Assembly (NCBI GenBank): GCA_032128875.1
Contig: JAVLKG010000001.1
Coordinates: 704,001 to 768,000 of the forward strand
DNA from: Candidatus Melainabacteria bacterium 17Bon1m
GTDB lineage: Bacteria; Cyanobacteriota; Vampirovibrionia; Obscuribacterales; Obscuribacteraceae
Length of the DNA: 64,000 nucleotides
Direction of reading: 5' to 3'
In this document: in pieces, positions 9,650 to 18,553 of the stretch
Layout of the letters: the number at the start of each line of letters is the position of its first letter
Numbering within the stretch: position 1 is the stretch's first letter
The notes under the pieces: generated by a model
Seen by the model: only the letters and a program-made list of their open reading frames with translations
Databases searched by the model: none
Told to the model about the DNA's origin: nothing
Position numbers and translations under genes: made by a program

Positions 9650-10285
9650 ATGGGTTCAGATCACGGACATGACCACGGTTCTTGCAACCACGACCACGGA
9701 CATGATCACGGTCATGACCACGAGCATGGTGCCGGCTGCTCTCACGAGCATGCTCATGACCACGGACACGGTCACGGAGATGACCACGGTCATCACGGCG
9801 GCGAAGAGTTCGTGCCTACAAGCAGCGTGCATGACAAATTTTTGCTCCTCTGCGCCACAATCTGCGGGCTGGGTTTCATCTATCTAGGTTATTTCTGGAT
9901 GACGGCTCTGCCGCTTGCTGCCGTGACAGAACATCACGAAGGTTCTGCGCATCAAGAAATGCTTGATGAAGCGGGTTTGGGTAAAGGCTCGGAACACGGC
10001 GCAGAGCACGCATCAGAGCATGCAACGGAAGCTCCCAAAACTGAAACTGCTGCTCCCGGAGGAGAAGCGGCTCCGGCGGGTGAAACTTCAACTGGCGCAG
10101 AAACTGATGCACCTCACGGCGAGACAGCTCCGGCAACGGAAGGTAGCGAGCACTCGAGTGCGGCTCCTGGTGCTGAACCCGCAAAGTCTGATGTCGGTAC
10201 TATAGGTCCGCCCGGTTCCACAACAGGCGCTGAGACCACCACCACCGCAGGTCCCGGGACTTCGACCGGCGAAGCTGCTCACTAG
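9650..10285 (+). CDS. His-rich single-pass membrane protein, hypothetical
   Basis: Strong RBS (gaggagagg); 19 His in the first 49 aa, one TM segment and an acidic Ala/Thr/Glu-rich tail. Confidence 0.8.
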   Translation: MGSDHGHDHGSCNHDHGHDHGHDHEHGAGCSHEHAHDHGHGHGDDHGHHGGEEFVPTSSVHDKFLLLCATICGLGFIYLGYFWMTALPLAAVTEHHEGSAHQEMLDEAGLGKGSEHGAEHASEHATEAPKTETAAPGGEAAPAGETSTGAETDAPHGETAPATEGSEHSSAAPGAEPAKSDVGTIGPPGSTTGAETTTTAGPGTSTGEAAH

Positions 10286-10294
10286 ATAAACTAA

Positions 10295-10388
10295 TGCAGG
10301 GGCGGCATTAATGCCGCCCGGAGCCGGCGAGCCGCTGGCGCTCCCAGGCTCAGCAAACGGAGAGCCGCCAGGATGGCGGCGCTTCCAG
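10295..10388. repeat. REP-like mosaic (three short GC palindromes)
   Basis: tgcag-gggcggcattaatgccgccc; gccggcgagccgctggcgctcccagg (also at 60695-60720); gccgccaggatggcggcgcttccag. Confidence 0.7.
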
Positions 10389-10577
10389 CGTTTCAAACTT
10401 TAGAAATCTGACCTTTACATTAAGGCGACGCTTGCCATCTGAAGGCGGGCTTATGATACCCTTTAAGTTGGCCAGGAAAGGCCCTCTGAGGCGGCGTTTA
10501 GCGAAGCCGTCCGGTGTTGTCTATCTTGTGGGCCCGTTGCGTTGCGGGTTCGGGGTTCGATGGTAGAGGGAGTAAGG

Positions 10578-12584
10578 ATGCAAGAAGTCACAATTGGAAT
10601 CGCAGGAGCTGCCGGTGACGGTCTCGATAAATCGGGCGACACCTTGGCGAAAACCTGTGGAAGGCTGGGTCTGCATGTGTATGCATACAACAGCTATCAG
10701 TCGATCATTCGCGGCGGCCATATCTGGCTTCGCGTGCGTATCGGCGATAAGAAAGTTTTGAGTCACGGCGACAGTTTGAATGCCGTGATTTGCCTTAACC
10801 AAGATTCGTTGGAAAGACACGCGCCTGAAGTAAATGAAGGCGGTGTAATCATCTTCAATTCGGACAAGCTCAAACTTGATCCGACATTGGTGCCGAAAGG
10901 TGTACAAAGCCTCGGTTTGCCGATGAAAGAAATCTGCAAAGAAGTTGAAGCCGAACACGGCGCTCTTCAACCGATCATGCAAAACACCGTTGCTGTAGGT
11001 GCAGTCCTCGCACTCGCCAACCTGGGCTTGGAAGAAGCCGGCAGCGTTATGCACGATACCTTCGCTCACAAAGGCGACAAGGTCATCAATCTCAACGTTT
11101 CGCTCTTGAAAGTCGGCTACGACTACGCCAAGGCAAACGCAAAAGTGTTCACCAAAGAATGGACATTCTCCAAGAAGAGAAGACCGTTCGTCACCGGCAA
11201 CGAAGCAATCGCATTCGGTGCAGTTGCTGCCGGTTGCAAATTCTATTCCGCTTATCCGATGACTCCGGCTTCGACCATCCTTCACTGGATGGCTGCTCAC
11301 GCGCAGCAAGTCGATGTTTGCGTCAAACAGTGCGAAGACGAACTCTCTGTAATCAACATGGCAATCGGAGCCGGCATCGCTGGCGTTCGTTCTATGTGCG
11401 GTACTGCAGGTGGTGGCTTCGCGTTGATGACCGAAGCAATCGGTATGGCAGGTATCATGGAAGTGCCGGTAGTTTGCGTTGAAGTTCAGCGCGGCGGACC
11501 GTCCACCGGTTTGCCCACCAAGACCGAGCAAGGCGACTTGTTCCAAGTCTATGGCGCATCGCAAGGCGAGTTCCCGAAAATCATCGTTGCACCTCGCGAC
11601 GTAGCTGATTGCTATGACACGACAGTCAACGTATTCAACCTGGCAGACAAATATCAGTTGCCGGTAATGCTCATCTCGGACTTGCTGCTTTCGGAGCACC
11701 CGGAAACAGTTGATCCCGAGAAGTTCTACAGCGATGTCAAAATCGATCGTGGGCAAATTGTCACCGAGTGGGATATCGAAGCTAAAGGCAAGTTCAAGCG
11801 CTTCGAACTCACTGATTCCGGCATCTCACCGAGAGCTCTCCCAGGCACGCTCAACTGCAACTTCGTGTCTGCAACCGACGAACATGACGAAGAAAGCATC
11901 CTGATTTCGGATATGTTCACCGCACCTCCGGTTCGCCGCAAAATGAACGAGAAGCGTTTCCGCAAAATGGACAACCTTCTCAAAGAAATTCCGGCACCGA
12001 AGCTCGAAGGACCTGCCGATGCTGATGTCACCCTGGTTTGCTGGGGCTCAACAGCCGGCGTGGTCGAAGAAGCTGCAGAAATGTTGACTGCTGCCGGAGT
12101 GAAGACCAACTTCCTCGTACTGAAATGGATCGTTCCTTTCCACGCGAAAGAAGTTCAAGAAATTCTCTCCAAGGCGAAGAAGAAAGTTTCTGTCGAAGTC
12201 AACTTCACCAGCCAAATGGCACGTTACATCAAGATGGAAACCGGTGTTTCGATGGACGGACACGTCAATCGTTACGACGGCGAACCGCTTGAACCTCAAG
12301 AAGTAGTTGGCCGCGTTCAAGACATTCTCAAGGGCAAAGCGCTCGATTTGAATGTTTCCGAAAACGATGCCAAAGAAATTGCGTATCACAACCTGCGTAC
12401 TCACTATGCAGAAAAGCTGCGCCCCATCAAAGCAGTGCAAGAGTCAGCCAACGGACACGGCGAGCCAGTTTGGAACGTCGAGCTCGTTGAGAGAGCCTCT
12501 GGCAAAGCTGGTGGCAAGATGAAAATCGGCGTGCATACGGGTTCGACCTATTCCTTTGAAAAGGAACCGGTTGAAAGCAAGTAA
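10578..12584 (+). CDS. korA: 2-oxoacid:ferredoxin oxidoreductase alpha subunit (gamma-alpha fusion) with C-terminal extension
   Basis: GIAGAAGDG, YQSIIRGG, YPMTPAS, EDE and QRGGPSTGLPTKTEQGD; RBS gagggag before ATG 10578; substrate specificity not determinable. Confidence 0.92.
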   Translation: MQEVTIGIAGAAGDGLDKSGDTLAKTCGRLGLHVYAYNSYQSIIRGGHIWLRVRIGDKKVLSHGDSLNAVICLNQDSLERHAPEVNEGGVIIFNSDKLKLDPTLVPKGVQSLGLPMKEICKEVEAEHGALQPIMQNTVAVGAVLALANLGLEEAGSVMHDTFAHKGDKVINLNVSLLKVGYDYAKANAKVFTKEWTFSKKRRPFVTGNEAIAFGAVAAGCKFYSAYPMTPASTILHWMAAHAQQVDVCVKQCEDELSVINMAIGAGIAGVRSMCGTAGGGFALMTEAIGMAGIMEVPVVCVEVQRGGPSTGLPTKTEQGDLFQVYGASQGEFPKIIVAPRDVADCYDTTVNVFNLADKYQLPVMLISDLLLSEHPETVDPEKFYSDVKIDRGQIVTEWDIEAKGKFKRFELTDSGISPRALPGTLNCNFVSATDEHDEESILISDMFTAPPVRRKMNEKRFRKMDNLLKEIPAPKLEGPADADVTLVCWGSTAGVVEEAAEMLTAAGVKTNFLVLKWIVPFHAKEVQEILSKAKKKVSVEVNFTSQMARYIKMETGVSMDGHVNRYDGEPLEPQEVVGRVQDILKGKALDLNVSENDAKEIAYHNLRTHYAEKLRPIKAVQESANGHGEPVWNVELVERASGKAGGKMKIGVHTGSTYSFEKEPVESK

Positions 12585-12618
12585 GTACTCAGGCAAGCAA
12601 ATTATTTAAGAGGTAGAA

Positions 12619-13497
12619 ATGGCTACTGTTATTGAACTTCCAGTCGAAACATACAAAGGACCAGTCGATCCAGACTGGTGCCCAGGTTGTGGTGACTTCG
12701 GCGTACTGCGCTCAGTGCAAACTGCAGCCGGTAAGTGCGGCATTCACCCGAAAGACCTGCTCGTCGTATCCGGTATCGGATGCTCTTCCAACTTGCCGGG
12801 ATTCATTCATGCTTATGGAATCCACAGCTTGCACGGACGTAGCGTTCCGGTAGCAACCGGCGCCCACCTCGCCAATACCGACTTGAAAGTCGTTATCACC
12901 GGTGGAGATGGCGACGGGTACGGTATCGGCGTTGGTCACTTGATTCACGCAATGCGCAGAAATCTCGATGTCACCTATGTCGTCATGGACAACCAAATCT
13001 ATGGTCTGACTACCGGTCAAGCTTCGCCGACATCTGCAAAAGGTGTTAAGACGAAATCCACACCGGCAGGCAACTTCGAATCTCCGCTCAACCCTTTGGT
13101 AATGGCTATTACCTCGGGTGCAACTTACGTTGCTCGTGGATTCTCCGGTGAGCAAAAACAACTCGGCGAACTCATCGCCGGTGGTATCGCACACAAAGGC
13201 TTCGCATTGATTGACGTGTTCAGCCCTTGCGTAACCTACAACAAGATCAACACCTATCCTTACTTCAAAGAGCGTGTATACAAGCTCGAAGACGAAGGAT
13301 ACGATCCGACCGACTTCTACAAAGCAATTGAAAAAGCCTACGAATGGGGCGACAGAATTCCTTTGGGAGTCGTCTATAAAACCGAGCAAGAGACCTATGA
13401 AGACAACGAACCTGTCCTCAAAAAAGGTCCGCTCGTGAAGCAAAAAACTGGACTTTCGAAAGAAATCCACAAAGAATTGATCGAAGAAATGATCTAG
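12619..13497 (+). CDS. korB: 2-oxoacid:ferredoxin oxidoreductase beta subunit
   Basis: WCPGCGDFG, SGIGCS, TPP motif GDGD..N, YGLTTGQASPT and SPCVTYN. Confidence 0.95.
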   Translation: MATVIELPVETYKGPVDPDWCPGCGDFGVLRSVQTAAGKCGIHPKDLLVVSGIGCSSNLPGFIHAYGIHSLHGRSVPVATGAHLANTDLKVVITGGDGDGYGIGVGHLIHAMRRNLDVTYVVMDNQIYGLTTGQASPTSAKGVKTKSTPAGNFESPLNPLVMAITSGATYVARGFSGEQKQLGELIAGGIAHKGFALIDVFSPCVTYNKINTYPYFKERVYKLEDEGYDPTDFYKAIEKAYEWGDRIPLGVVYKTEQETYEDNEPVLKKGPLVKQKTGLSKEIHKELIEEMI

Positions 13498-13536
13498 TCT
13501 GGTTTCAAACCAATTTCATTTCAAAAATCAAAAACC

Positions 13537-13575
13537 AAGGGACGCCGGTGCTTTCAGTGCCGGTGTCTTCTTATT
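13537..13575 (+). terminator. Putative intrinsic terminator after korB
   Basis: Stem gggacgccggtgc / gtgccggtgtctt (with G-U pairs) and a T-rich tail, between convergent genes. Confidence 0.55.
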
Positions 13576-14950
13576 GTGGACTGGCTATAGACGCAGCGGG
13601 ACCCAGATATTTGCAAATCACCGAGCCGCCGTTGCAAGACGCATTTCTGGAAAGATTGCAGCCGAGAAACCAGGATGGGTTGCAGCTGCCATAAGGGTAC
13701 GGCGGATTTTGCCAACTGGTGGCAGGTGACGCCGGTGATCCGCCCGGAGGGCAGACCTCGGCACCAGCATTATTGGTGCAGTTGGTGCAGCCATACGGAA
13801 AGACTCCCGCAATTTTGAAGTTTTGCCCGAAAAGAGCTTTGTTTTCAAATTGTTTGACATAAGCAATTTTCGGCGGAGTCGGACGAGTATCGACAACAGT
13901 ATTGAACTGCTGCTGTCCTCCAGTTATCGTCCATCTGAATTTTGAATTCAAACCATTAACAAGGCTGATGTCCAGTGTTTCTTGTGCATTGACACCCTGG
14001 CATGTATTGTTCAACGTGCATTCGGCGACGTTGATCCCTTGCGGATACAAATTGGTTCCGCACAATTGATTGAATGAACCTTGCGAAAAGTTCGCGGAGA
14101 TTGGTGCCGTATTGCTGCTTGTCACAGAATACCCTGGGGTGCCCCTGGCTGGCAGAGTCATGTATCCGAGCGTAGTATTGCCGGACGAAACATAGGTCAT
14201 GGCAGGAAAGACTGCCTGGACATCCTGGACTGCAGAACAACCACCGATGGGTTGAAGCTGCATGTAGAGGACGACCGGTTGAGAGTACCAATTCTCCACA
14301 GTCAGGGTGGTTGTGGAAGCTGTACAGCTAGTAGCTGTCGCTGCTAGAGGACCACTTGGTGCGGCATCCTGAGCAGAATAGAAAACGGTGTCCAGTATCT
14401 TCTTTACTGGGTTGCCATTCACCTGAATGTCATCAATAAGAAATTTGCCTTTTTGGCTATGGGAAGAGGGAGAAAAGACGACCTTACTTACAGTATTTCG
14501 TTCGGGAATTCCCAGTCTCGTTTTGTCCAGAAGAACCTTTTGAAACTCTCCTTTCACTGCCTTGCTTGGTTGAATCGATGCAAATGCCTTCTGGTGAGAA
14601 CGCTCTGGCGAGTAGTATTCAATCATCGCTTCGACTGCTGTGTCGCCTTTATAGGAAAAGCTGATAGTATCGAGCCCTAACAGTGAAGAATTGGCGTCGT
14701 CAGAAGTGAGGATCACGCCAGGATATGTTCCTGCCGGCGGATTTGACGAGTTGGTTTTGACAAGGAAAGGATTCCTCTTGCCAGTGCTTACGACGCTGGA
14801 CAAAAAATGCTTACTGTTCGGCTTTTCAGCTGTAATGAATGGAGTGGCAACCAGGTTAACAGGTGCGCCCGCGCCAGCCAAGGACATCATGCCGACAGTA
14901 CATGTGCACGCGAATGCCAGCAAAACGCAAAGTTTTGGAAGTTTTTTCAT
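13571..14950 (-). CDS. Secreted Cys-rich protein with thaumatin-like C-terminal domain
   Basis: Signal peptide; TLTVEN, NVAECTL and LDISLVNGLN resemble thaumatin TFTVVN, TLAEFTL and YDVSLVDGFN; 12 Cys in the C-terminal half. Confidence 0.6.
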   Translation of the reverse strand: MKKLPKLCVLLAFACTCTVGMMSLAGAGAPVNLVATPFITAEKPNSKHFLSSVVSTGKRNPFLVKTNSSNPPAGTYPGVILTSDDANSSLLGLDTISFSYKGDTAVEAMIEYYSPERSHQKAFASIQPSKAVKGEFQKVLLDKTRLGIPERNTVSKVVFSPSSHSQKGKFLIDDIQVNGNPVKKILDTVFYSAQDAAPSGPLAATATSCTASTTTLTVENWYSQPVVLYMQLQPIGGCSAVQDVQAVFPAMTYVSSGNTTLGYMTLPARGTPGYSVTSSNTAPISANFSQGSFNQLCGTNLYPQGINVAECTLNNTCQGVNAQETLDISLVNGLNSKFRWTITGGQQQFNTVVDTRPTPPKIAYVKQFENKALFGQNFKIAGVFPYGCTNCTNNAGAEVCPPGGSPASPATSWQNPPYPYGSCNPSWFLGCNLSRNASCNGGSVICKYLGPAASIASPQ

Positions 14951-15030
14951 GACCTTTCCCCCCGTCTCGATTGTACCTGGATAATTCGCGAGCGGTAATC
15001 ACCTTTTATCGCTAACCAATTTGGGGGAGA

Positions 15031-16092
15031 TCAAGCGAGTCCTTCGAAAATCCATAGACCGAATTGGTTGAATCGAGCTTCACCAGGCGTTTCGAAGCGA
15101 CCGCAGTGATAGAGGTTGAGTAAATATGTTTGATTGGTGATTTTCGAACTGAACTGCATCGAATCTCCGATATTCCATGTGAGTGCAACACATTGGAATT
15201 CGTGAAACTCATATAGAACGTCGTGCGCGACTTCCACCGGTAATAGCTCATACGGTATCTGTGCGTCTGCGTATCCCAGAGCGTGCATGCCGACTGTGAA
15301 GAGGCAGGCATTTTCTTCGTCATTATAAATTTTGCAAAACGCTGCACAAACGTTTGCTGGAGTTTCCTCTGCCGCGCAATTGAAAATCTCCTCGCAGGCA
15401 TTTACTTGATTGGAGTTTCTGAACAATGCAATTGGTGCATTGACTGCTCGCATCAAAGGATCAAGCGTGTGGAGCAACTGTGATGCAACGTCGTATTGAT
15501 TTCTTGTTTGCTGGACAAACTCCGTGTTGGGTGCTTGCAGGTGAAAAAACTGAGTGTGGTTGTGAACATATTCTGCGTGAAAATTCGCACGTGTTCCACG
15601 CGTGAGCTCAATTATCGCATCGGCCCAAACCGGGTTGCGGTCAAGGATTTCCATGTCATAGATGACAGTGCCGTGTTTGCGTAAAAGAGTCTTCCCATCG
15701 GATTGCAATTCTCTGCGTTTGTTTACTCTTATGAAAATGTCAGCCGGATCCGAAAGCTGAATCGGCAGCAGGACCGATATTTTTTGTTTGATTGGCGGTC
15801 CTGGATCTGGGTTTTTCGCCAGGTTATAGCGGTTTCTCGCATCGTCGATTCTTTCCCACAAAATCGACGATGATTTCGGATCTGCATCGTAAAGCTCTTC
15901 GGCTTTGTCGACGTCTGCTAGGGCCTCATCGACATTTCCAGTTGAGAAAACCGCCTCTGCACGAATGAGAAGAGCGTCAATGCTCGGCTCCAACTCTATT
16001 GCTGCACTCAGTTCTACAATTGCTTGTTGAGTGTCGCCGCGCGCCAAGGCAGCGCGTGCTTCTTCGAGTCGCTCCTTTGCGGCTTCCGACAA
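15031..16092 (-). CDS. TPR plus DUF4261-like domain protein
   Basis: N-terminal TPR helices; C-terminal FTVGMHALGYADAQI..FNQFGLW; RBS aaggag before TTG. Confidence 0.6.
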   Translation of the reverse strand: MSEAAKERLEEARAALARGDTQQAIVELSAAIELEPSIDALLIRAEAVFSTGNVDEALADVDKAEELYDADPKSSSILWERIDDARNRYNLAKNPDPGPPIKQKISVLLPIQLSDPADIFIRVNKRRELQSDGKTLLRKHGTVIYDMEILDRNPVWADAIIELTRGTRANFHAEYVHNHTQFFHLQAPNTEFVQQTRNQYDVASQLLHTLDPLMRAVNAPIALFRNSNQVNACEEIFNCAAEETPANVCAAFCKIYNDEENACLFTVGMHALGYADAQIPYELLPVEVAHDVLYEFHEFQCVALTWNIGDSMQFSSKITNQTYLLNLYHCGRFETPGEARFNQFGLWIFEGLA

Positions 16093-16113
16093 TTGGGCTC
16101 CTTCTCAACCAGT

Positions 16114-17535
16114 CTAGCCAGAAGTGCTTTGAGCGCCTGTCTTTGGCTGCTCGAGGCGAACCAGCATCATCGGCTGAGTATTAGTAGCGCTGTAGTGCAC
16201 CAGAACAGGCGCGTCCGCTTTTGTCAGGTCTGCCAGACTGGTGTCGAATACGGTGCCATTGTTCTGCCCGATACTGAAGGAAATTCGTTGAGTTGCCTTG
16301 TCGAGAGAACCGTAAACAGTTGATGTTTCTTGGGTCAATTGATTGAAGTAATTGCCTCTGATGGTGCCATCTTTATTGATGGCAAGCTGGAAAAGCATAG
16401 ATGATTCTGTTTGCCCAGCTTGTGCAAGTGAAAAAACACCAAGTGAGCGCCAGTTGTCCGGATCGGTGGTGGCCCCTTCAGAGTTCTCGGTTGAAAAATC
16501 CTGGTAGCCACGCGAAGCCAGACCAACAGACTGATTGTAATAGTCGGTGGTTGAGCCTTGCGGCGTACCATTTATATAAACGTTGTCGCCTTCATAAGTT
16601 ACGTTTGAGACTGACGAGGGGCTGTTGTTATTACTGCCGCCTCCGCCGCCTCCACCACCGGACATGCCAGCCATTGCTGCGATGCCCAAAAAGGAAGTGA
16701 GTGAAGTTAGTCCCATGCAGGTCCATGCGGTAGCTGCAGACCAGCCAGGGCAATACCAGCCGCCCGGATAACCCCACCAGGCACCGTGCGCGCCGTAGCC
16801 GTAACCATAGCCACCATAACCGCCCCAGTGATTGAAGTTGTTGACGTTGTAAGTGTTGAAATTATTGCGGATTGAGTTGTTGTTGAAAGTGTTGTTTGTC
16901 TGATTCCAGTTGTGGAAATTGTTGTTGTTGAAATTGCCGTTTTTCCACTTTGACATATTGCCAAAACCGCCATCGGTAGGGAAATGCGAACCGCCGCCTC
17001 CCCAATTCGGATGGTTGCCACCATTAGGATAATTCGGATGGTTGCCGCCAAAGCCTGGCTTGTTGTCGATGCCACCGCCACCAATATTAGGCCTGTTCGT
17101 AAAGTTGCCTTTGTCGAAGCCACCGCTGCCGAAAGCTTGGCCTCCGTGATTCTGAGCTATCGAGCCGAATCCGCCACCGAATGCACTGTCTCCGCTGCGC
17201 CCTCCGAAGCCGCCGCCTTCGAATCCGCGGTCGAAGCCGCCGCCTTCGAATCCGCGGTCGAAGCTCCCGCCGCCGAAGCCGCGGTCGAAACTGCCGCCGC
17301 CTCCGCCGAAGCTGCGATCGAAGCTGCCGCCGCCTCCACCGAAGCTGCGATCAAAACCGCCACCGCCTCCGAAAGCTCTGCCGCCGCCGAAGTCACCACC
17401 ACCGCCGAAGGAGCGGCCGCCTCCGAATCCACCCCCGCCACCAAAGTGACCGGCACCTCCGAAGCCGCGTGCATAGGCTGGCACCATCATTGATAGGTAC
17501 AAACAAATAGATGTAAGAGCAACGAGTCTGCGCAT
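16114..17535 (-). CDS. Exported Gly/Asn-rich low-complexity protein with a globular C-terminal domain (resembles planctomycete 'mu-protocadherin-like' hypotheticals)
   Basis: Signal peptide ending AYA; GGFDR repeats; Asn-rich tract; C-terminal WRSLGVFSL..FQLAINKDGTIRGNY..TQRISF..LVRL. Confidence 0.7.
   Translation of the reverse strand: MRRLVALTSICLYLSMMVPAYARGFGGAGHFGGGGGFGGGRSFGGGGDFGGGRAFGGGGGFDRSFGGGGGSFDRSFGGGGGSFDRGFGGGSFDRGFEGGGFDRGFEGGGFGGRSGDSAFGGGFGSIAQNHGGQAFGSGGFDKGNFTNRPNIGGGGIDNKPGFGGNHPNYPNGGNHPNWGGGGSHFPTDGGFGNMSKWKNGNFNNNNFHNWNQTNNTFNNNSIRNNFNTYNVNNFNHWGGYGGYGYGYGAHGAWWGYPGGWYCPGWSAATAWTCMGLTSLTSFLGIAAMAGMSGGGGGGGGSNNNSPSSVSNVTYEGDNVYINGTPQGSTTDYYNQSVGLASRGYQDFSTENSEGATTDPDNWRSLGVFSLAQAGQTESSMLFQLAINKDGTIRGNYFNQLTQETSTVYGSLDKATQRISFSIGQNNGTVFDTSLADLTKADAPVLVHYSATNTQPMMLVRLEQPKTGAQSTSG
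17200..17470 (-). repeat. In-frame 27/33-bp Gly-rich repeats (FDR[SG]FGGG)
   Basis: Repeated gccgccttcgaatccgcggtcgaa and ccgaagctgcgatcRaa units on the + strand. Confidence 0.85.
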
Positions 17536-17593
17536 TTTAGTAGTTCCTGTGTCTCGTGTTCTGAGCGAGTAGATTGACGCCGATTAACTCTGA

Positions 17594-18553
17594 CTATTGG
17601 CTTACGCGCTTGACTGTCAGCGGCTCGGTATCGGGATACATGACACCATCAGCATTGCGCTTAATCGACTGCCATTGAAATGAATCGTTGTTATTCAGTG
17701 TGATTACGTTGGTTGCAGCAGACTGCCATCCTGATTGTTCGATGCCTTCCGCTTTGATTAACCATTTGTTGTTGTCTTTGCTCCAGTTGCCGTAGCCGAA
17801 TCCGCCGCTGGAATCAAAATGCCATGAAACGATTTGATTTCTGGTCGGATCCCATCCGATGACTTGAATGTCTATGCGAGGCTTGTTGCCCGGGCGCGAC
17901 AATACGTAAGTCAGTCGCAGGAAATGTCCATCGCCGACTTTCTCTGCGGTCATTTTTACTTTGGCGTCGCCTTGCTCCGCGCTCCATTCTCCGACCAGCC
18001 AATTAAGATCGGCAAGACGATCTGCTGCAGATGCTTGACGCACTGACGTTTCCGACGCGGATTGAATGAGCCAGTTGCCGCCTTTGTTTTGCAAAAGCAT
18101 GGTGAATCTCGCATCAATATGTTTGCCGGCCGATGTTTGACGCGTCGTGCTGCCTTCAATCCACGCACTGTCATTGCCGATTATGCGTATGTTGGATGGT
18201 TCGAGTTTTAGCGACGACTTCGTATCGGGTCTTACGTGACTGGTGAAGTGTTCTTTCAGCGATTGGCGCCCTTCGTGGCGAACGCCGTCTTCATCTATGT
18301 AGGCACCGTCCAGAGTAAAGAATGACGCCATTCTCTCGGCGTCGCCTTTGGCGGCTGCGTCAGCGAGGGAGGAGAGCTGGTTTCTGATCACTGTTTCTGA
18401 ATCGCCTTGAGGCAAAGACTTGGCTGTGGAAACTTTCGCTGTTGCTTTCGTTGTTTTCGCAGATTTTGCAAAGCTCGCCTGCGGCGCAAAATTAGCTGTC
18501 AGTGCCGATGTGACGGCTGCCAATATGAAGATATTTCGCCTTGAATTTCTCAT
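17594..18553 (-). CDS. Exported NTF2-like protein (SgcJ/EcaC / DUF4440 family) with a second beta domain
   Basis: GDAERMASFFTLDGAYID..EGRQSL and GGNWLI; second domain LADLNWLVGEW..IGWDP..SWHFDSSGGFG. Confidence 0.75.
   Translation of the reverse strand: MRNSRRNIFILAAVTSALTANFAPQASFAKSAKTTKATAKVSTAKSLPQGDSETVIRNQLSSLADAAAKGDAERMASFFTLDGAYIDEDGVRHEGRQSLKEHFTSHVRPDTKSSLKLEPSNIRIIGNDSAWIEGSTTRQTSAGKHIDARFTMLLQNKGGNWLIQSASETSVRQASAADRLADLNWLVGEWSAEQGDAKVKMTAEKVGDGHFLRLTYVLSRPGNKPRIDIQVIGWDPTRNQIVSWHFDSSGGFGYGNWSKDNNKWLIKAEGIEQSGWQSAATNVITLNNNDSFQWQSIKRNADGVMYPDTEPLTVKRVSQ

Noticed and set aside
10521..13470. Long antisense ORFs over korA (411 aa) and korB (252 aa), and similar ones over fsa, mqnD, ahpC and mnmA
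   Set aside because: Shadow frames produced by strong codon bias in the sense genes; no recognisable motifs
16984..17510. Ala/Glu-rich and Arg-rich ORFs overlapping the Gly-rich gene
   Set aside because: Alternative frames of the GGC repeats
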